Shown one piece after another: positions 45,834 through 60,072 of a stretch of DNA of 64,000 bases. A program made the translations under genes and the position numbers. The DNA lies in contig JAQCIU010000001.1 in the NCBI GenBank assembly GCA_027593235.1, forward strand, positions 1 to 64,000, read 5' to 3'. The DNA is from Chloroflexota bacterium (GTDB taxonomy: Bacteria; Chloroflexota; Dehalococcoidia; UBA2979). Every line of letters begins with the position of its first letter. Positions within the stretch are counted from its first letter, which is position 1. The notes below the pieces were generated by a model. The model searched no databases. It had not been told where the DNA came from and saw only the letters and a list, made by a program, of their open reading frames with translations.

Positions 45834-47516
45834 TTACTCGCTGGTGCGGTAGAGCTCCGCGACCTCAAGGTTGCAGCAGCCGCTGTAGTGCATCCCCTTC
45901 AGATCCGAGCGGTAGGCCAGGATCAGGTTTGGGTTCGCCAGCGGGAGCAGGTATGCATCCGCGATCATCAGCCGGCCCAGCTCGTCATAGAGCTTGGCGC
46001 GCTCTTCCGTGTCAGCCGTCAACAGAGCCCGGTTGTACAGGTCCTGCTGATCTGCGCTGACGATCGGACCCTGCGTGCCACCGGCCCGAGCGGACCAGCG
46101 CGAGCCCTCGATCATTGCGAAGTACTGCGGGTACTGCACCGTGTCCGGGTGGTCCGGTGCGTAGTAAATCGCCGTGAACGGCACCTTGTTCGCCGACAGG
46201 TCCGGGAAGATCACCGCGGCTTCCAGCGGCTGCAGGTTCAGCTTCACGTTGATTTCAGCCAGGTCCGCCTGGACCTTCTGCATCATCAGGTTGAAGTCGA
46301 CGCCGTAGACGTTCGTGTTCCAGTACGGGGCGTCCAGCTCAAAGCCGTCCGGGTACCCGCCGTCCGCCAGCAGCTTGCGGGCCTTTTCCAGGTCCCGTAC
46401 CGGCAGCGGCAGGTCCGCCGTGCCAAGGAATCCGTTCGGGATCGCCGTCGCCTGCTTGCGGCCGTTGCCGCCCAGCAGCACGTCCAGCATCCCGTCGTAG
46501 TCGATCGCCGCCTGGATCGCCTGGCGGACGTTCTGGTTGAGGTCCAGCTCCGACCCCTTCGCGCCCTCGGTGCCGACCACGAAGCCGACGTACACGAAGT
46601 TGAACGAAGGAACCGACTCGGCGACTACCGTGTCGCCGGACATGCCGCTCGCGGTGTCCGGGTCGATCTGCATCGCGATGTCAACGTCGCCCGCTTCCAG
46701 GAGCTGCCGCTGCGTCACCGCGTCGGCCACTTCTTGGATGATCACCGTCTTGATCGCCGGCGTCGTGCCCGGTCCCCAGTAGTTCTCGTTCCGCACGAGG
46801 CGGATCGAGTCTCCCTCGGTGTAGGACTCCAGTACGTACGGGCCGCTGCCCGCCGAGTTCGCCAGGAACCACTGCTGCGCCGCGTCAGCGGTCTCGGCGT
46901 CATCGCCACCCGCGGCGCCGTTCGCCTCGGCCATCGCCTTATTCACGATCGCCGTGTAGGGCGCGTTCATCTTCGCCGGGAACGAGGCGTCACCAGACGC
47001 CATGTGCACGACGATCGTGTGCTCGTCCGGCGTGTCGATTGCCTCGACGCCGTCCATGAAGAAGCTCGGTGAACCCTTCAGGTTCGCCAGCCGCTCCAAC
47101 GACCACTTCACGTCCGCCGAGGTCAGCGCGCTGCCATCGGCGAACACTGCCTTGTCGTTCAGCTTGAACGTCCACTCCGTCAGATCCTCGTTCGCCGACC
47201 ACTCGGTGGCGACGCGCGGGATCAGGGTGGTGTTGTCGGTGTGGTCGAGCCCCACGAGCGTCTGGTAGACCGCCGAGATGTAGATCTGGCAGGTGTCGCA
47301 GAATGCTCGGTGCGGGTCGCCATCCGAGAAGTCCATCGCACGTGCGAGGACCAGTGGCTTCTCATCGTTGTCGATGCGGTTGCCGGCGTCGGCCGCCGTG
47401 GCGGTACCGCCGTCGCCGCCATCTCCGCCGTCGTCGCTGTCATCGCTACACGCGACCAGCGTGAGCGCGATCGCGGCGAACAGCACCAGGATCAGATACC
47501 CGAACCGTCTACTCAT
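45834..47516 (-). CDS. ABC transporter substrate-binding lipoprotein, family 5 (DppA/OppA-like)
   Basis: Lipobox LVAC; VFADGSALTSADVKWS; GSGPY; VRQAIQAAID. Confidence 0.93.
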   Translation of the reverse strand: MSRRFGYLILVLFAAIALTLVACSDDSDDGGDGGDGGTATAADAGNRIDNDEKPLVLARAMDFSDGDPHRAFCDTCQIYISAVYQTLVGLDHTDNTTLIPRVATEWSANEDLTEWTFKLNDKAVFADGSALTSADVKWSLERLANLKGSPSFFMDGVEAIDTPDEHTIVVHMASGDASFPAKMNAPYTAIVNKAMAEANGAAGGDDAETADAAQQWFLANSAGSGPYVLESYTEGDSIRLVRNENYWGPGTTPAIKTVIIQEVADAVTQRQLLEAGDVDIAMQIDPDTASGMSGDTVVAESVPSFNFVYVGFVVGTEGAKGSELDLNQNVRQAIQAAIDYDGMLDVLLGGNGRKQATAIPNGFLGTADLPLPVRDLEKARKLLADGGYPDGFELDAPYWNTNVYGVDFNLMMQKVQADLAEINVKLNLQPLEAAVIFPDLSANKVPFTAIYYAPDHPDTVQYPQYFAMIEGSRWSARAGGTQGPIVSADQQDLYNRALLTADTEERAKLYDELGRLMIADAYLLPLANPNLILAYRSDLKGMHYSGCCNLEVAELYRTSE

Positions 47517-47859
47517 CTTGCAGTTCCCTCCAAGGAAGCGGAGCGGCATTCGCCGCTGGACTCACCGAGCCGGTGCGTCCGGATGCTCTGGGATCGGCCT
47601 TCGACAGCTCCGACGTGTCGAACGGTCGCGCTCGACGGGCGGGCGTCCGGGTGGTGGACCAGCACAGGACAAAGGTCGCGTCTCGAGATGACGCATGGCT
47701 CTGGCCCGCTGGCGAGCCGTGTAACGATATCAGTATTCGCTGTTGGAAAATGCACCCACTTCTGGCGGGCACCGCCCCGCCCGAAATGGACATCGATTGC
47801 CTGTTGGTTCGTCGATCGATAGCGGCCCGGGATGTCGCTGGACGACCGCCTCGGACCGC

Positions 47860-49404
47860 CTACGGACGCATCGATCGCGTCTTCGGGCCCAGCTCCGTGC
47901 GGAGCTGCACCTGGGCGTGGTGGATGAACTGCACCGCCAGCGGGCGCGTGTCCCGAGGGTCGATCAGGTCGTTGATGCCGAAGGCCTCGGCGCGGAAGAA
48001 CGGCGAGCGGTCCTTCTCGTGCGCCTCCTCCAGCTCGAGGCGGCGCGCCTCGGGGTCGGGTGAGGCCTCGATCTCTCGCCGGTAGGCGGCCCAGACGCCG
48101 CCCTCGACGGGGATCGATCCCCACTCGCCCGAGGGCCAGGCGTAGACGGGGCCGTTGCCGTTGTGGTGCGCGCCGGCCGCGACGCCGTAGGCGCGCCGGA
48201 CCATGAACTTCAGCCACGGGACCGTCGACTGGTTCACTGCCGCGAGCACCCGCGCGCCCTTGCGCAGCGTGCCGGCGCGTTCGGCGTCGACGCCGACCAT
48301 GAAGCCGGGTTCGTCCTCGAAGGACATCAGCGGGATGTGGAAGGTGTCGCAGATGTCGATGAAGCGGGCCAGCTTCTCCGCCGAGTCGGCGGTCATCGCG
48401 CCGCCGTTGAAGTTCGGGTTGTTGGCGGTCACGCCGACGGCGTACCCATCGAGGCGTGCGAAGCCGGTGGTGACCGCGCGTCCGAAGTGGGTCGTCATCT
48501 CGAAGAACGAACCTTCGTCGACGACGTGGGCGATCAGCTTCTTGGGGTTGAAGGCGCGGCGTCGCTCCCGAGGGATGAAGGAGAGCAGCTCCTCGTCGCG
48601 GCGGGTCGGGTCGTCCGAGGGGTCAACGCGCGGGGCCTGCTCCCAGACGTTGGTCGGGAGGTAGGAGAGGAACTGTCGTACGTGATCGAGGCAGCCCGCC
48701 TCGTCCTCGGCGACGTTGTCGACGAGTCCGCTGTAAAGTTGCATCTGCCAGCCGCCCAGCTCCTCCTTGGTGACGGGGCGTCCGAGGGCGCGCTCCACGA
48801 CCGGCGGGCCGCCGGCGAAGAGGAAGGCCGTCGTCTTCGACATCACGGAGAAGTGGGTCTCGGCGATCCGCGCGGCGACGATGCCGGCGCAGGCACCCAT
48901 TGCCGCGCCGACGACCGGCACCGTGCCGAGCAGGTCGGCCTTCGGGGAGACCGGCTCACCTCGGAGTGGTGTCTCGGAGTGCCTCGAGCGGTTCGTGCGC
49001 ACGCTGCCGCCGGCGCCCTCGTGGAGTCGCACCAGCGGCAGCTTCATACGCCGCGCGAGGTGCTCGACGTAGTAGCCCTTGGCGCTGCCGCCACCGTCCG
49101 AGGCGCCACCGCGGATGGTTCCATCCTCGCCGCCGATGACGATCGGCCGTTCGTTGACCCGTGCCGTACCGACGAGTGCGTTCGACGGCGTCACCTTCCC
49201 GGCGACGCCGTCTTCGTCGTAGTCGACGCTACCGGTGATACGCCCCATCTCGAGGAAGGAGCCGGCGTCGACGAGGCCGTCGATTCGCTCGCGGATGGTG
49301 AGCAGCCCTCGGTCGTGGTGGCGCTGCACGGCCTCGGGGCCGCCCATGCCCTCGACGGCGGTGCGGCGTCGGTTGATCTCGTCGACTTCGGGCTGCCAGG
49401 TCAT
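47860..49404 (-). CDS. Acyl-CoA carboxylase carboxyltransferase subunit
   Basis: LTIRERI, GGPPVV...EELGG, DEPGFMVG, RRAYGVA, IDPRDTR. Confidence 0.9.
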   Translation of the reverse strand: MTWQPEVDEINRRRTAVEGMGGPEAVQRHHDRGLLTIRERIDGLVDAGSFLEMGRITGSVDYDEDGVAGKVTPSNALVGTARVNERPIVIGGEDGTIRGGASDGGGSAKGYYVEHLARRMKLPLVRLHEGAGGSVRTNRSRHSETPLRGEPVSPKADLLGTVPVVGAAMGACAGIVAARIAETHFSVMSKTTAFLFAGGPPVVERALGRPVTKEELGGWQMQLYSGLVDNVAEDEAGCLDHVRQFLSYLPTNVWEQAPRVDPSDDPTRRDEELLSFIPRERRRAFNPKKLIAHVVDEGSFFEMTTHFGRAVTTGFARLDGYAVGVTANNPNFNGGAMTADSAEKLARFIDICDTFHIPLMSFEDEPGFMVGVDAERAGTLRKGARVLAAVNQSTVPWLKFMVRRAYGVAAGAHHNGNGPVYAWPSGEWGSIPVEGGVWAAYRREIEASPDPEARRLELEEAHEKDRSPFFRAEAFGINDLIDPRDTRPLAVQFIHHAQVQLRTELGPKTRSMRP

Positions 49405-49445
49405 CGAGGGCTCCTCTTTCGTTGGTTACTCGTTCGGTCGGGTTG

Positions 49446-50681
49446 TCAGTCGAGCGCTCCGCGCGCGGCGAGATCGGCGATCGCGTCAGGGTCCATCTGC
49501 AGGACGTCGGTCAGCACCTCGAAGGTGTGCTCGCCGATCAGCGGGGCGCGGCGGACGTCGGCCTCGTAGGCGTGCATCTGGAGCGGGTTGCCGTGGACGA
49601 GGAACTCGCGCCCGGACGGATGGTCGATGGTCTTGTAGTAGCGGTCGCCCATTGAAGGGTCGCGATGCACGAGGTCGGGCACCTTCTGGTATGGCCCGGC
49701 CGGCACCCCTCGCGCCTGCAGCGCCTCGGCGAGCTCCAGCGCGTCCCAGCCCGTGGTCCACCGATCGAGGATCGCGTCGATCGCCGCCTCGTCGGCCCGC
49801 CGACCGTCCGAGGTCTGCCACCGGGCGTCGCGCAGTTCCTCGATGTTGGCGAGGTCGACGAGGGCGGCCCACTGGGCGTCCTCGAAGATGGCGATCGCGC
49901 ACCAGGCGTCGCGCGTGCCGTCGTCCGAGCAGGGATAGAAGTTGTGCGGGACCGCCTCGGCGTCGCGGTTGCCGATCTGGCGGGGCACCTCGTCAGCGAG
50001 TTGGGCCTCGAGCAGCGTCGGGCCGAGCATCGCGACGGTGGACTCGTACTGGCCGATCTCGATGAACTGGCCCTCGCCAGTGCGGTCGCGGTGCAGCAGC
50101 GCGGCCATGATGGCGACCGCGCCGTGGAACGGGTTCGAGGAGAAGTCGGCGTACTGGTGGCCGAAGGGGAGCGGGCCGTCCTCGGGGTTGCCGGAGATCG
50201 ACTTGAGGCCGGAGATGCCGACGAACATGTCGCCGAAGCCGCGCCAATTGGAGCGCGGGCCGGCGCTCTCCATCGTCGGCATGTTGACCATGATGATGCC
50301 GGGGTTGAGCGCTCGCATGTCCTCGTAGCCGATGCCCCAGCGCTCGTACTGGTCGCCGCTGAGGTTGCAGATCGTCACGTCGCTGACGCGGACGAGATCG
50401 CGGAGGAGGGCGCGGCCTTCCTCGGTGGCGAGGTTGAGCGTGCAGGACCGCTTACTGGCGTTGGCGTCGTGGAAGTAGCCGCCGGTGTCGGGGTTCGTGT
50501 TGGCGTCGCCGGGCAGATCGCCGAACAGTGGGATGCGGTTCGCGCGGCCCGTGTCCATGCGGTTGCGCGACTCCACCTTGATCACGTCCGCGCCGTAGTC
50601 GCCCAGCAGCCGCGCCGCCAGCGGCCCGGCGATGATCCACGACAGGTCGAGGACCCGGATGCCTTCGAGCGGGCCGGTCAC
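49446..50681 (-). CDS. Class III CoA-transferase (CaiB/BaiF family)
   Basis: PLEGIRVLDLSWIIAGP, GADVIKVE, NASKRS, HQYAD, APLIGEHT. Confidence 0.92.
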   Translation of the reverse strand: MTGPLEGIRVLDLSWIIAGPLAARLLGDYGADVIKVESRNRMDTGRANRIPLFGDLPGDANTNPDTGGYFHDANASKRSCTLNLATEEGRALLRDLVRVSDVTICNLSGDQYERWGIGYEDMRALNPGIIMVNMPTMESAGPRSNWRGFGDMFVGISGLKSISGNPEDGPLPFGHQYADFSSNPFHGAVAIMAALLHRDRTGEGQFIEIGQYESTVAMLGPTLLEAQLADEVPRQIGNRDAEAVPHNFYPCSDDGTRDAWCAIAIFEDAQWAALVDLANIEELRDARWQTSDGRRADEAAIDAILDRWTTGWDALELAEALQARGVPAGPYQKVPDLVHRDPSMGDRYYKTIDHPSGREFLVHGNPLQMHAYEADVRRAPLIGEHTFEVLTDVLQMDPDAIADLAARGALD

Positions 50682-51868
50682 GCGGCACCACCCTTCGAGG
50701 GCAGGCCCAGCTCCGCGAGCACCTCGGCGGTGTGCTCGCCGAGAAGCGGGGGGCGGGAGGACGCCTGGTAGGGAGTGCCGCTCAGCCGCACCGGCCCGCC
50801 CGCGTCTAGGAGCGGAGCGGGGAGGCCCGGCGCCTCGATCTCCACGAAGCTGGCGCGACGTTCGAGGAACGGGTCGGCGAGCACCTGGCTCGCGTCCTGC
50901 ACCGGGAGGCCCATCAGGCCTCGGGACTGGAGCAGCTCCACCAGCTCGGCGTTGGTGAAGCGCGCGGCGAATGCGCGTGCGGCGGCCATCGCGCGGTCGT
51001 CCGTCATGAACGCCGAGATGCCCAGCTCCGCCTCCAGCTCGCGCAGGCCCTCGCCGAGCCCGTGCTCCTCGAGGATGGCGAGCGTCTCCGGGACCTTGCG
51101 CCACGTCGACCACGTGAAGAATCCGTCCTTTGTCTCGTGGAGGTCGGGCGGAGGACCGGGCGCGCGTTCGCGGCGGTGCCGCACGAAGCCGAACTGGTGG
51201 TAGAGCGACGGGTTCGCCATCTGGAAGCTGACGAGGGCGGTGACGCGCTGAGCGGCAATGTCGACGACGCTCCCTGTTCCGCCGTGCCGCGCGCCGTAGA
51301 CCGCGATCAGACCACCGAGGGCGGCGGCGAGGCCGCTCATCTCCGAGGCCGCTTCCTGGCCGAAGCGGGCGGGCCGCTCACCTCGATAGCCGAAGTAGCT
51401 GAGCATCCCGCTAATCGACTGGCAGACGAGGTCGCTGCCGAGCCAGTGACTCCGAGGCCCATCCAGCCCGAACGGAGTGATCGAAACGATCGCGCGGCCA
51501 CTCCCGGCGCTCGCGAGCGCATCGAGGTCGAAGCCGAGCCGGGCGAGGTGGCCGTTGTCGAGGACGATGTCCGAGGCCTCGATGAGGCGTTCGAGGGTGG
51601 GACGGGCCTCGGTGCTTTCGATGTCGAGGGCGACGCTGCGCATGCCGGAGCAGTAGTGCAGGAAGTAGAGCGACGCGGCCTCGTCACCCTCGACGAAGAT
51701 CGCCTCAGCGACATAACGCGAAGGACGGCCTCGGTAGACGGCACCCCTCGGTGGCTCGACCAGCACAACGTCGGCGCCGAGACCACGCAGCAGGCGGGCG
51801 CCGTAGGCGCCGAGGCCGTCGAGCAGGTTGAGGACACGAACGCCTTCGAGCGCTCCGTGAGCGAGCAT
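50678..51868 (-). CDS. Class III CoA-transferase, divergent partner subunit
   Basis: ALEGVRVL, LGADVVLVEPP, SITPFG, PPLLGEHT; 4-nt overlap with the next gene. Confidence 0.85.
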   Translation of the reverse strand: MLAHGALEGVRVLNLLDGLGAYGARLLRGLGADVVLVEPPRGAVYRGRPSRYVAEAIFVEGDEAASLYFLHYCSGMRSVALDIESTEARPTLERLIEASDIVLDNGHLARLGFDLDALASAGSGRAIVSITPFGLDGPRSHWLGSDLVCQSISGMLSYFGYRGERPARFGQEAASEMSGLAAALGGLIAVYGARHGGTGSVVDIAAQRVTALVSFQMANPSLYHQFGFVRHRRERAPGPPPDLHETKDGFFTWSTWRKVPETLAILEEHGLGEGLRELEAELGISAFMTDDRAMAAARAFAARFTNAELVELLQSRGLMGLPVQDASQVLADPFLERRASFVEIEAPGLPAPLLDAGGPVRLSGTPYQASSRPPLLGEHTAEVLAELGLPSKGGAA

Positions 51869-52017
51869 CGAGATCCCTCGGTAGTGGCGAGTCAGCGGAC
51901 GAGGCGCATCGTACAAGGGCCGCCCGTACAGACTGCATGCCGGAGCGGCCCGTGCGACGCGCCGATCGGTGAGGCGTTATCTTCCCGACGAAGCTTGGGA
52001 GAGGCAGAGGTGACTGG

Positions 52018-52524
52018 ATGAAGGCTCAAGAGTTGATGCGCGTGCAGTACGCGCAGGCGCACCAAATGCTGGAAAGTGCGATCAAGGACTGCGACGCCGA
52101 GGCACTGACGAAGGTGGTCGGCGGCAACATCGGGACGGTCGGGGCGATCTACGCGCACGCCGTGTTCGACGAAGACGGATGGGTCGCCGGCGTGACTGGG
52201 AACCCGACGCTCTGGGCGTCCGGTGGCTGGGCAGCCAAGACCGGCCTGCAGGAGATCAGCGGGCGGCAGAGCCAGGACTGGGCACAGTCGGTGACGTACG
52301 ACCTCGCGACGTTCCGCGAGTACGCGCAGGCGGTGTACGCGCAGATGGACGGCTACCTCGAGGGTCTGTCCGACGAGGACGTGGATCGGGAGATCGAGGC
52401 CTTCGGCAGCACGACCACGATCGGGAAGCACTTCGGGTCGATGGGGTTGTGGCACATGATGTCGCACCAGGGCGAGCTGTCTGCCGTGAAGGGTGCGCAG
52501 GGCCTGAAGGGGTTGCCCTTCTAG
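52018..52524 (+). CDS. DinB family protein
   Basis: IYAHAVFDED and WHMMSHQGEL His triad; four-helix pattern. Confidence 0.75.
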   Translation: MKAQELMRVQYAQAHQMLESAIKDCDAEALTKVVGGNIGTVGAIYAHAVFDEDGWVAGVTGNPTLWASGGWAAKTGLQEISGRQSQDWAQSVTYDLATFREYAQAVYAQMDGYLEGLSDEDVDREIEAFGSTTTIGKHFGSMGLWHMMSHQGELSAVKGAQGLKGLPF

Positions 52525-52670
52525 GCTGGCATCAACCGGGTGGTCAATTGAGCGGGACAACCGGGTCGTCGTAGCGCTTGCTGTCCGGGATCGGCGCGCG
52601 ACTACCAGTCGACTGAAGCCGCCACGAGGACAGCGTCGCGGGCGCGCGTGCCCGCGACGCGTGTGACGGG

Positions 52671-53591
52671 TCAGGCCAGCGGCACGTAGAGGTCGGTTCG
52701 TACCTCATCGGGCGGGACCGTCATAGGGTCGCTGACGTACACCTCGTAGGTCACGCCGTCGCCGACGCGCTCGCCGCTGGCCGGCAACCATTCGCCCATG
52801 AACCGGGCCCAGGTATCGGGCAGTCCCTCGTACGGTCCGATATGGGTGGTGGATGCATACCGGCCGGCCGCGACCCGCTGCTCGACGACACCGTCCGGCA
52901 GCTTGAGGGATTCCGAAACGACCATCGCGGCATCGGAGCGCAGTTCGGCCTCGGGTGTTGTTTCCTGATCGTCGCGGTAGATCGCCATCATGCTCGGCCC
53001 GGGTTGATCGAGTGGGAGCTGACCAGCCTCGATGTAGCTGGCCAACTTCATCAGGGCCTCGGCGATCCGGTGGTATGCACCGATGTGCCTGACGGTGGCG
53101 ACCCTGAGTTCCGGCCGCTCTTCGATTTTGACATCCATACCTGGTGCTCCTTTCGCGAAGCGCACGTATCCCGGCCCGGGACGTTCCGGCCCGTAGTGGA
53201 TGGCTGAAGGGGTTGGGAGCTTCGTCGGGGTGAAGAGCAAGATCGGCACGGGTGCTTGCGTCTTGAACTCGGACGGGGACCGACCGTAGTGGGCACGAAA
53301 CGCTCGGGTGAAGGCCTCGTGGGTGTCGTAGCCCGCCGCGAACGCGGTGGTCGTCACCTCTTCTTCGGTGTGCGTGAGCTGCCAGGCCGCGCGCTCGAGC
53401 CGCAGCCGGCGATGGAGTTGGAGCGGGGTCTCGCCGAGCATCCCGCGGAAGACCCGATGGAAATGGAACGGGGACAATGCGGCTCCCTGGGTGAGCTGGT
53501 CGAGGTCGAGTGCGTGGTCGAGTGAGCCCGCGATGATCTCGACCGCGCTCTGCACCGCTCGTTCGTAGAACGACTGCGTTTCAGCTTTCAT
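52671..53591 (-). CDS. AraC-family regulator with C-terminal GyrI-like domain
   Basis: LSPFHFHRVF, RRLRLERAA, AFTRAFR; RHIGAY, HIGPYEGL. Confidence 0.92.
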   Translation of the reverse strand: MKAETQSFYERAVQSAVEIIAGSLDHALDLDQLTQGAALSPFHFHRVFRGMLGETPLQLHRRLRLERAAWQLTHTEEEVTTTAFAAGYDTHEAFTRAFRAHYGRSPSEFKTQAPVPILLFTPTKLPTPSAIHYGPERPGPGYVRFAKGAPGMDVKIEERPELRVATVRHIGAYHRIAEALMKLASYIEAGQLPLDQPGPSMMAIYRDDQETTPEAELRSDAAMVVSESLKLPDGVVEQRVAAGRYASTTHIGPYEGLPDTWARFMGEWLPASGERVGDGVTYEVYVSDPMTVPPDEVRTDLYVPLA

Positions 53592-53802
53592 ACCGGCCAA
53601 GCTAGAGGGCGGAGCGCCGGCGTACTTGATTTGCGTTGCGGTTTGTCGTGGTGCTCGTGGTTCACGCCGATCGGCCGACCGACGGAGATGAATGCGCCGC
53701 GCTGCTGTTCTCGGCGTGCAGCCCCCCCCGCAGCGCAGACCTTCCGAGGGCGCCCGCATACACTGAGGCTCAACGTCCGGTTTGGTCCGTGGGAGGCGCG
53801 TG

Positions 53803-56466
<2,664 letters not shown>

Positions 56467-56478
<12 letters not shown>

Positions 56479-57039
56479 TTCTCCCTCGGGAGGCTTGCGG
56501 GGCGGGTATGGAGCGGTTCATCGATCTTGCTGGTCGCGAGGGTGAGCCAGCAGTACACGCACTGCTGGAGCAGGCTCAGATCCATCGGGCGCCTGAGGAT
56601 GTCGTTGGGCGGGGGGCTGCCATCGCGGCCGAATACGCCGAGTCCCCTGGGTTCTCGCTCTGGGGCCTGGAGCGGGATGGCGAGCTTCTAGCGGTGGCCG
56701 GCGTCGAACTGCGAGACGACCTGCTCTGGCTCTTCGATCTTGCCGTGCAAGTCGATCAGCGTCGGCGTGGAATCGGCGCGAGGCTGATCGACGCGCTCCG
56801 CAATCAGTATCCGGCCACCGCCATCAGCGGGCACACACTTCAGGTCGCCGCTTCGTTCTACGAGGCATTGGGTTTCGAAGTCACCACGGAGGGTGAAATG
56901 CCCGACGGTCGGAGCCAGCTGCGATTCACGTGGACTCCACCAGTCGGCAGCTAACGCTGTCTACTCCGCTTCGCTGAGCTCGAGTCCTCGCCCCACCTAC
57001 TCGAGAGCTAGCTAGCCCTCGGGAGGCTTGCGGGGCGGG
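56467..57039 (+). repeat. 40-bp direct repeat (56467-56506 and 57000-57039) flanking a GNAT gene
   Basis: CTCGAGAGCTAG-ttct/ctag-CCCTCGGGAGGCTTGCGGGGCGGG; the first copy includes the acnA stop codon. Confidence 0.85.
56508..56954 (+). CDS. GNAT family N-acetyltransferase
   Basis: FDLAVQVDQRRRGIGARLI, ASFYEALGF; GGAGG lies inside the left repeat. Confidence 0.85.
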   Translation: MERFIDLAGREGEPAVHALLEQAQIHRAPEDVVGRGAAIAAEYAESPGFSLWGLERDGELLAVAGVELRDDLLWLFDLAVQVDQRRRGIGARLIDALRNQYPATAISGHTLQVAASFYEALGFEVTTEGEMPDGRSQLRFTWTPPVGS

Positions 57040-57065
57040 CGCCTCGGGAGTTGCGCCGAACACGA

Positions 57066-57093
57066 AAGAGCCGGGGCATTCACCCCGGCTCTT
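57066..57093. terminator. Bidirectional terminator between convergent acnA/GNAT and ino1
   Basis: AAGAGCCGGGG-CATTCA-CCCCGGCTCTT. Confidence 0.7.
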
Positions 57094-57125
57094 CTGTTGC
57101 GTGCGTGCAGGCGCGGGCGCTAGCC

Positions 57126-58643
<1,518 letters not shown>

Positions 58644-58649
58644 GAGGCA

Positions 58650-58679
58650 TAGATAACCAATAATTTTGGTAACTGTCAA
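58650..58679 (-). promoter_or_regulatory. ino1 promoter with a palindrome in the spacer
   Basis: Minus strand TTGACA-GTTACCAAAATTATTGGT-TATCTA-TGCCTC-ATG; ACCAA-N5-TTGGT inverted repeat; AT-rich island. Confidence 0.65.
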
Positions 58680-58771
58680 AGTTCGGGCGGGGGGCGTCCC
58701 GGGCTTGCTCGCGATCGTGGCCGTTCGGCCCTGCAGCGGTGCGGGTTCGTGCCTCGGAGCGGGGTGGGGCG

Positions 58772-59476
58772 CTAGGCCTCCGAGGCGGCGCGTTGCTCCG
58801 CTTCGCTGAGCCGTTCGAGGCCCTCGAGAATCAGGTCGAGCGCAAACACGAACTCGAAATCGCTGTCGCAGCCATCGCCGAGGATGTCGTCGCCGTGATC
58901 GATGACGGCCGCCATCTTCGACATGTTCGGGTACTGGGCCATGAGCTGCTGGATCATCAGCGCCGCGATCTCCGGGTTCTCGTCGATCGATCCGGACTCG
59001 TCGTACAGCTCCTGGGTGAAGCCGAGGATGCGGCTGCCGAGGACGTGCAACCCGTGGTGGGTCAGATCCGGTGACAGGCCACCATCAAGCAGGATGCCGA
59101 TCACGCGGTCGTAGTACTCCATCATCGCGGGGCTGACGTCTGGCCGGCTCTCGATCACGCGGGGCGCCCACTGGTGCTGGATCAGCACGGCGCGGGCGGC
59201 GAGTGCCTGGTTGCGCAGCGTCGTCTTCCAGTCGGGGTCGGTCGGTGTCTGCTCGATTTCGCTGACCATCAGGTCGACCACGCCGTTGAGCAGGTCTTCC
59301 TTGTTGGAGACGTGGTTGTAGAGCGACATCGCCTCGACGCCGAGCGCCTGACCGAGGCCGCGCATGCTGACGGCGTCGATGCCCTTGCGGTCGGCGAGGG
59401 CGATCGCGGCGCGCAGGATCCGCTCCCGGCTGAGCGGGGTGCGGGCCTCGGTTGTCGCTTCTTCGGAGGTGACCAT
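58772..59476 (-). CDS. TetR family regulator (TetR_C-type)
   Basis: LSRERILRAAIALAD...SMRGLGQALGVEAMSLYNHVSNKEDLL; FVFALDLILEGL. Confidence 0.93.
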   Translation of the reverse strand: MVTSEEATTEARTPLSRERILRAAIALADRKGIDAVSMRGLGQALGVEAMSLYNHVSNKEDLLNGVVDLMVSEIEQTPTDPDWKTTLRNQALAARAVLIQHQWAPRVIESRPDVSPAMMEYYDRVIGILLDGGLSPDLTHHGLHVLGSRILGFTQELYDESGSIDENPEIAALMIQQLMAQYPNMSKMAAVIDHGDDILGDGCDSDFEFVFALDLILEGLERLSEAEQRAASEA

Positions 59477-59587
59477 AAGGAATCCTCTGTCGTTGTCGCT
59501 CCTACAGGGTAAGTCTGCCGCGACCTGGGCACCTGTGGCTATTGCATTCGTGTTCGCCGGCCCGCCGAGGTCCGGTCGAAAGACCGG

Positions 59588-59652
59588 TTGACAGACTTAC
59601 GGTGTAGCCATACCTTACACCGTACATTTACATTGTATGTTTACGACGTAAG
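59588..59652 (+). promoter_or_regulatory. Promoter with four TetR-type operator palindromes
   Basis: TTGACA-17-TACCTT; TTAC-N3-GTA copies starting at 59597, 59615, 59628 and 59641. Confidence 0.75.
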
Positions 59653-59742
59653 CAGATTACGACAGAGACACGCATCGGGGCCGACCCTCGGTCCACGACC
59701 CCGGCCTCACCGCCGTCGCGCAACTGAAAAGGAAATCCGCAG

Positions 59743-60048
59743 ATGCTTGCTTCACTTGGCCGCTGGTCATTCAAGAACCCCTGGCTCGTACTCGCGAGCT
59801 GGGTCGTCGTGCTGGTCGCCGTCTTCGGCTCCGTCGCGACCTTCGGCACTGCCTTCAGCAGCGCCTTCGAAATCCCGGACTCCGAGAGCCGCCGCGGCTT
59901 CGACGTCCTCGACAGCAACTTTGGCGGGTTTGGCAGCGGCCAGACCGGTTCGATCGTCTTCCGTACCGACCCGGACCTCGAGGGCGGCGTCGCCAATCCC
60001 GAGGTCCGGGCGGCGATGGAGCGGCTCTTCGCTGACGCCGCCGCCTGA
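59743..60048 (+). pseudogene. MMPL/RND transporter, N-terminal fragment only
   Basis: LGRWSFKNPWLVLASWVVVL...FEIPDSESRRGFDVL is a typical MmpL start; stops after 101 aa; divergent from the TetR gene. Confidence 0.75.
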
Positions 60049-60072
60049 ATGACCACGCAGGGGAGTAGCAGC

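Noticed and set aside
52533-52570. CAACCGGGT-G/C-GTC direct repeat after dinB
   Set aside because: Only two 13-bp copies, no supporting context
59590-59655. Short periodic repeats as a mini-CRISPR or iterons
   Set aside because: Units are 10-bp palindromes with 3-8 nt gaps over a promoter next to a TetR gene; operators explain them better; no cas or rep genes
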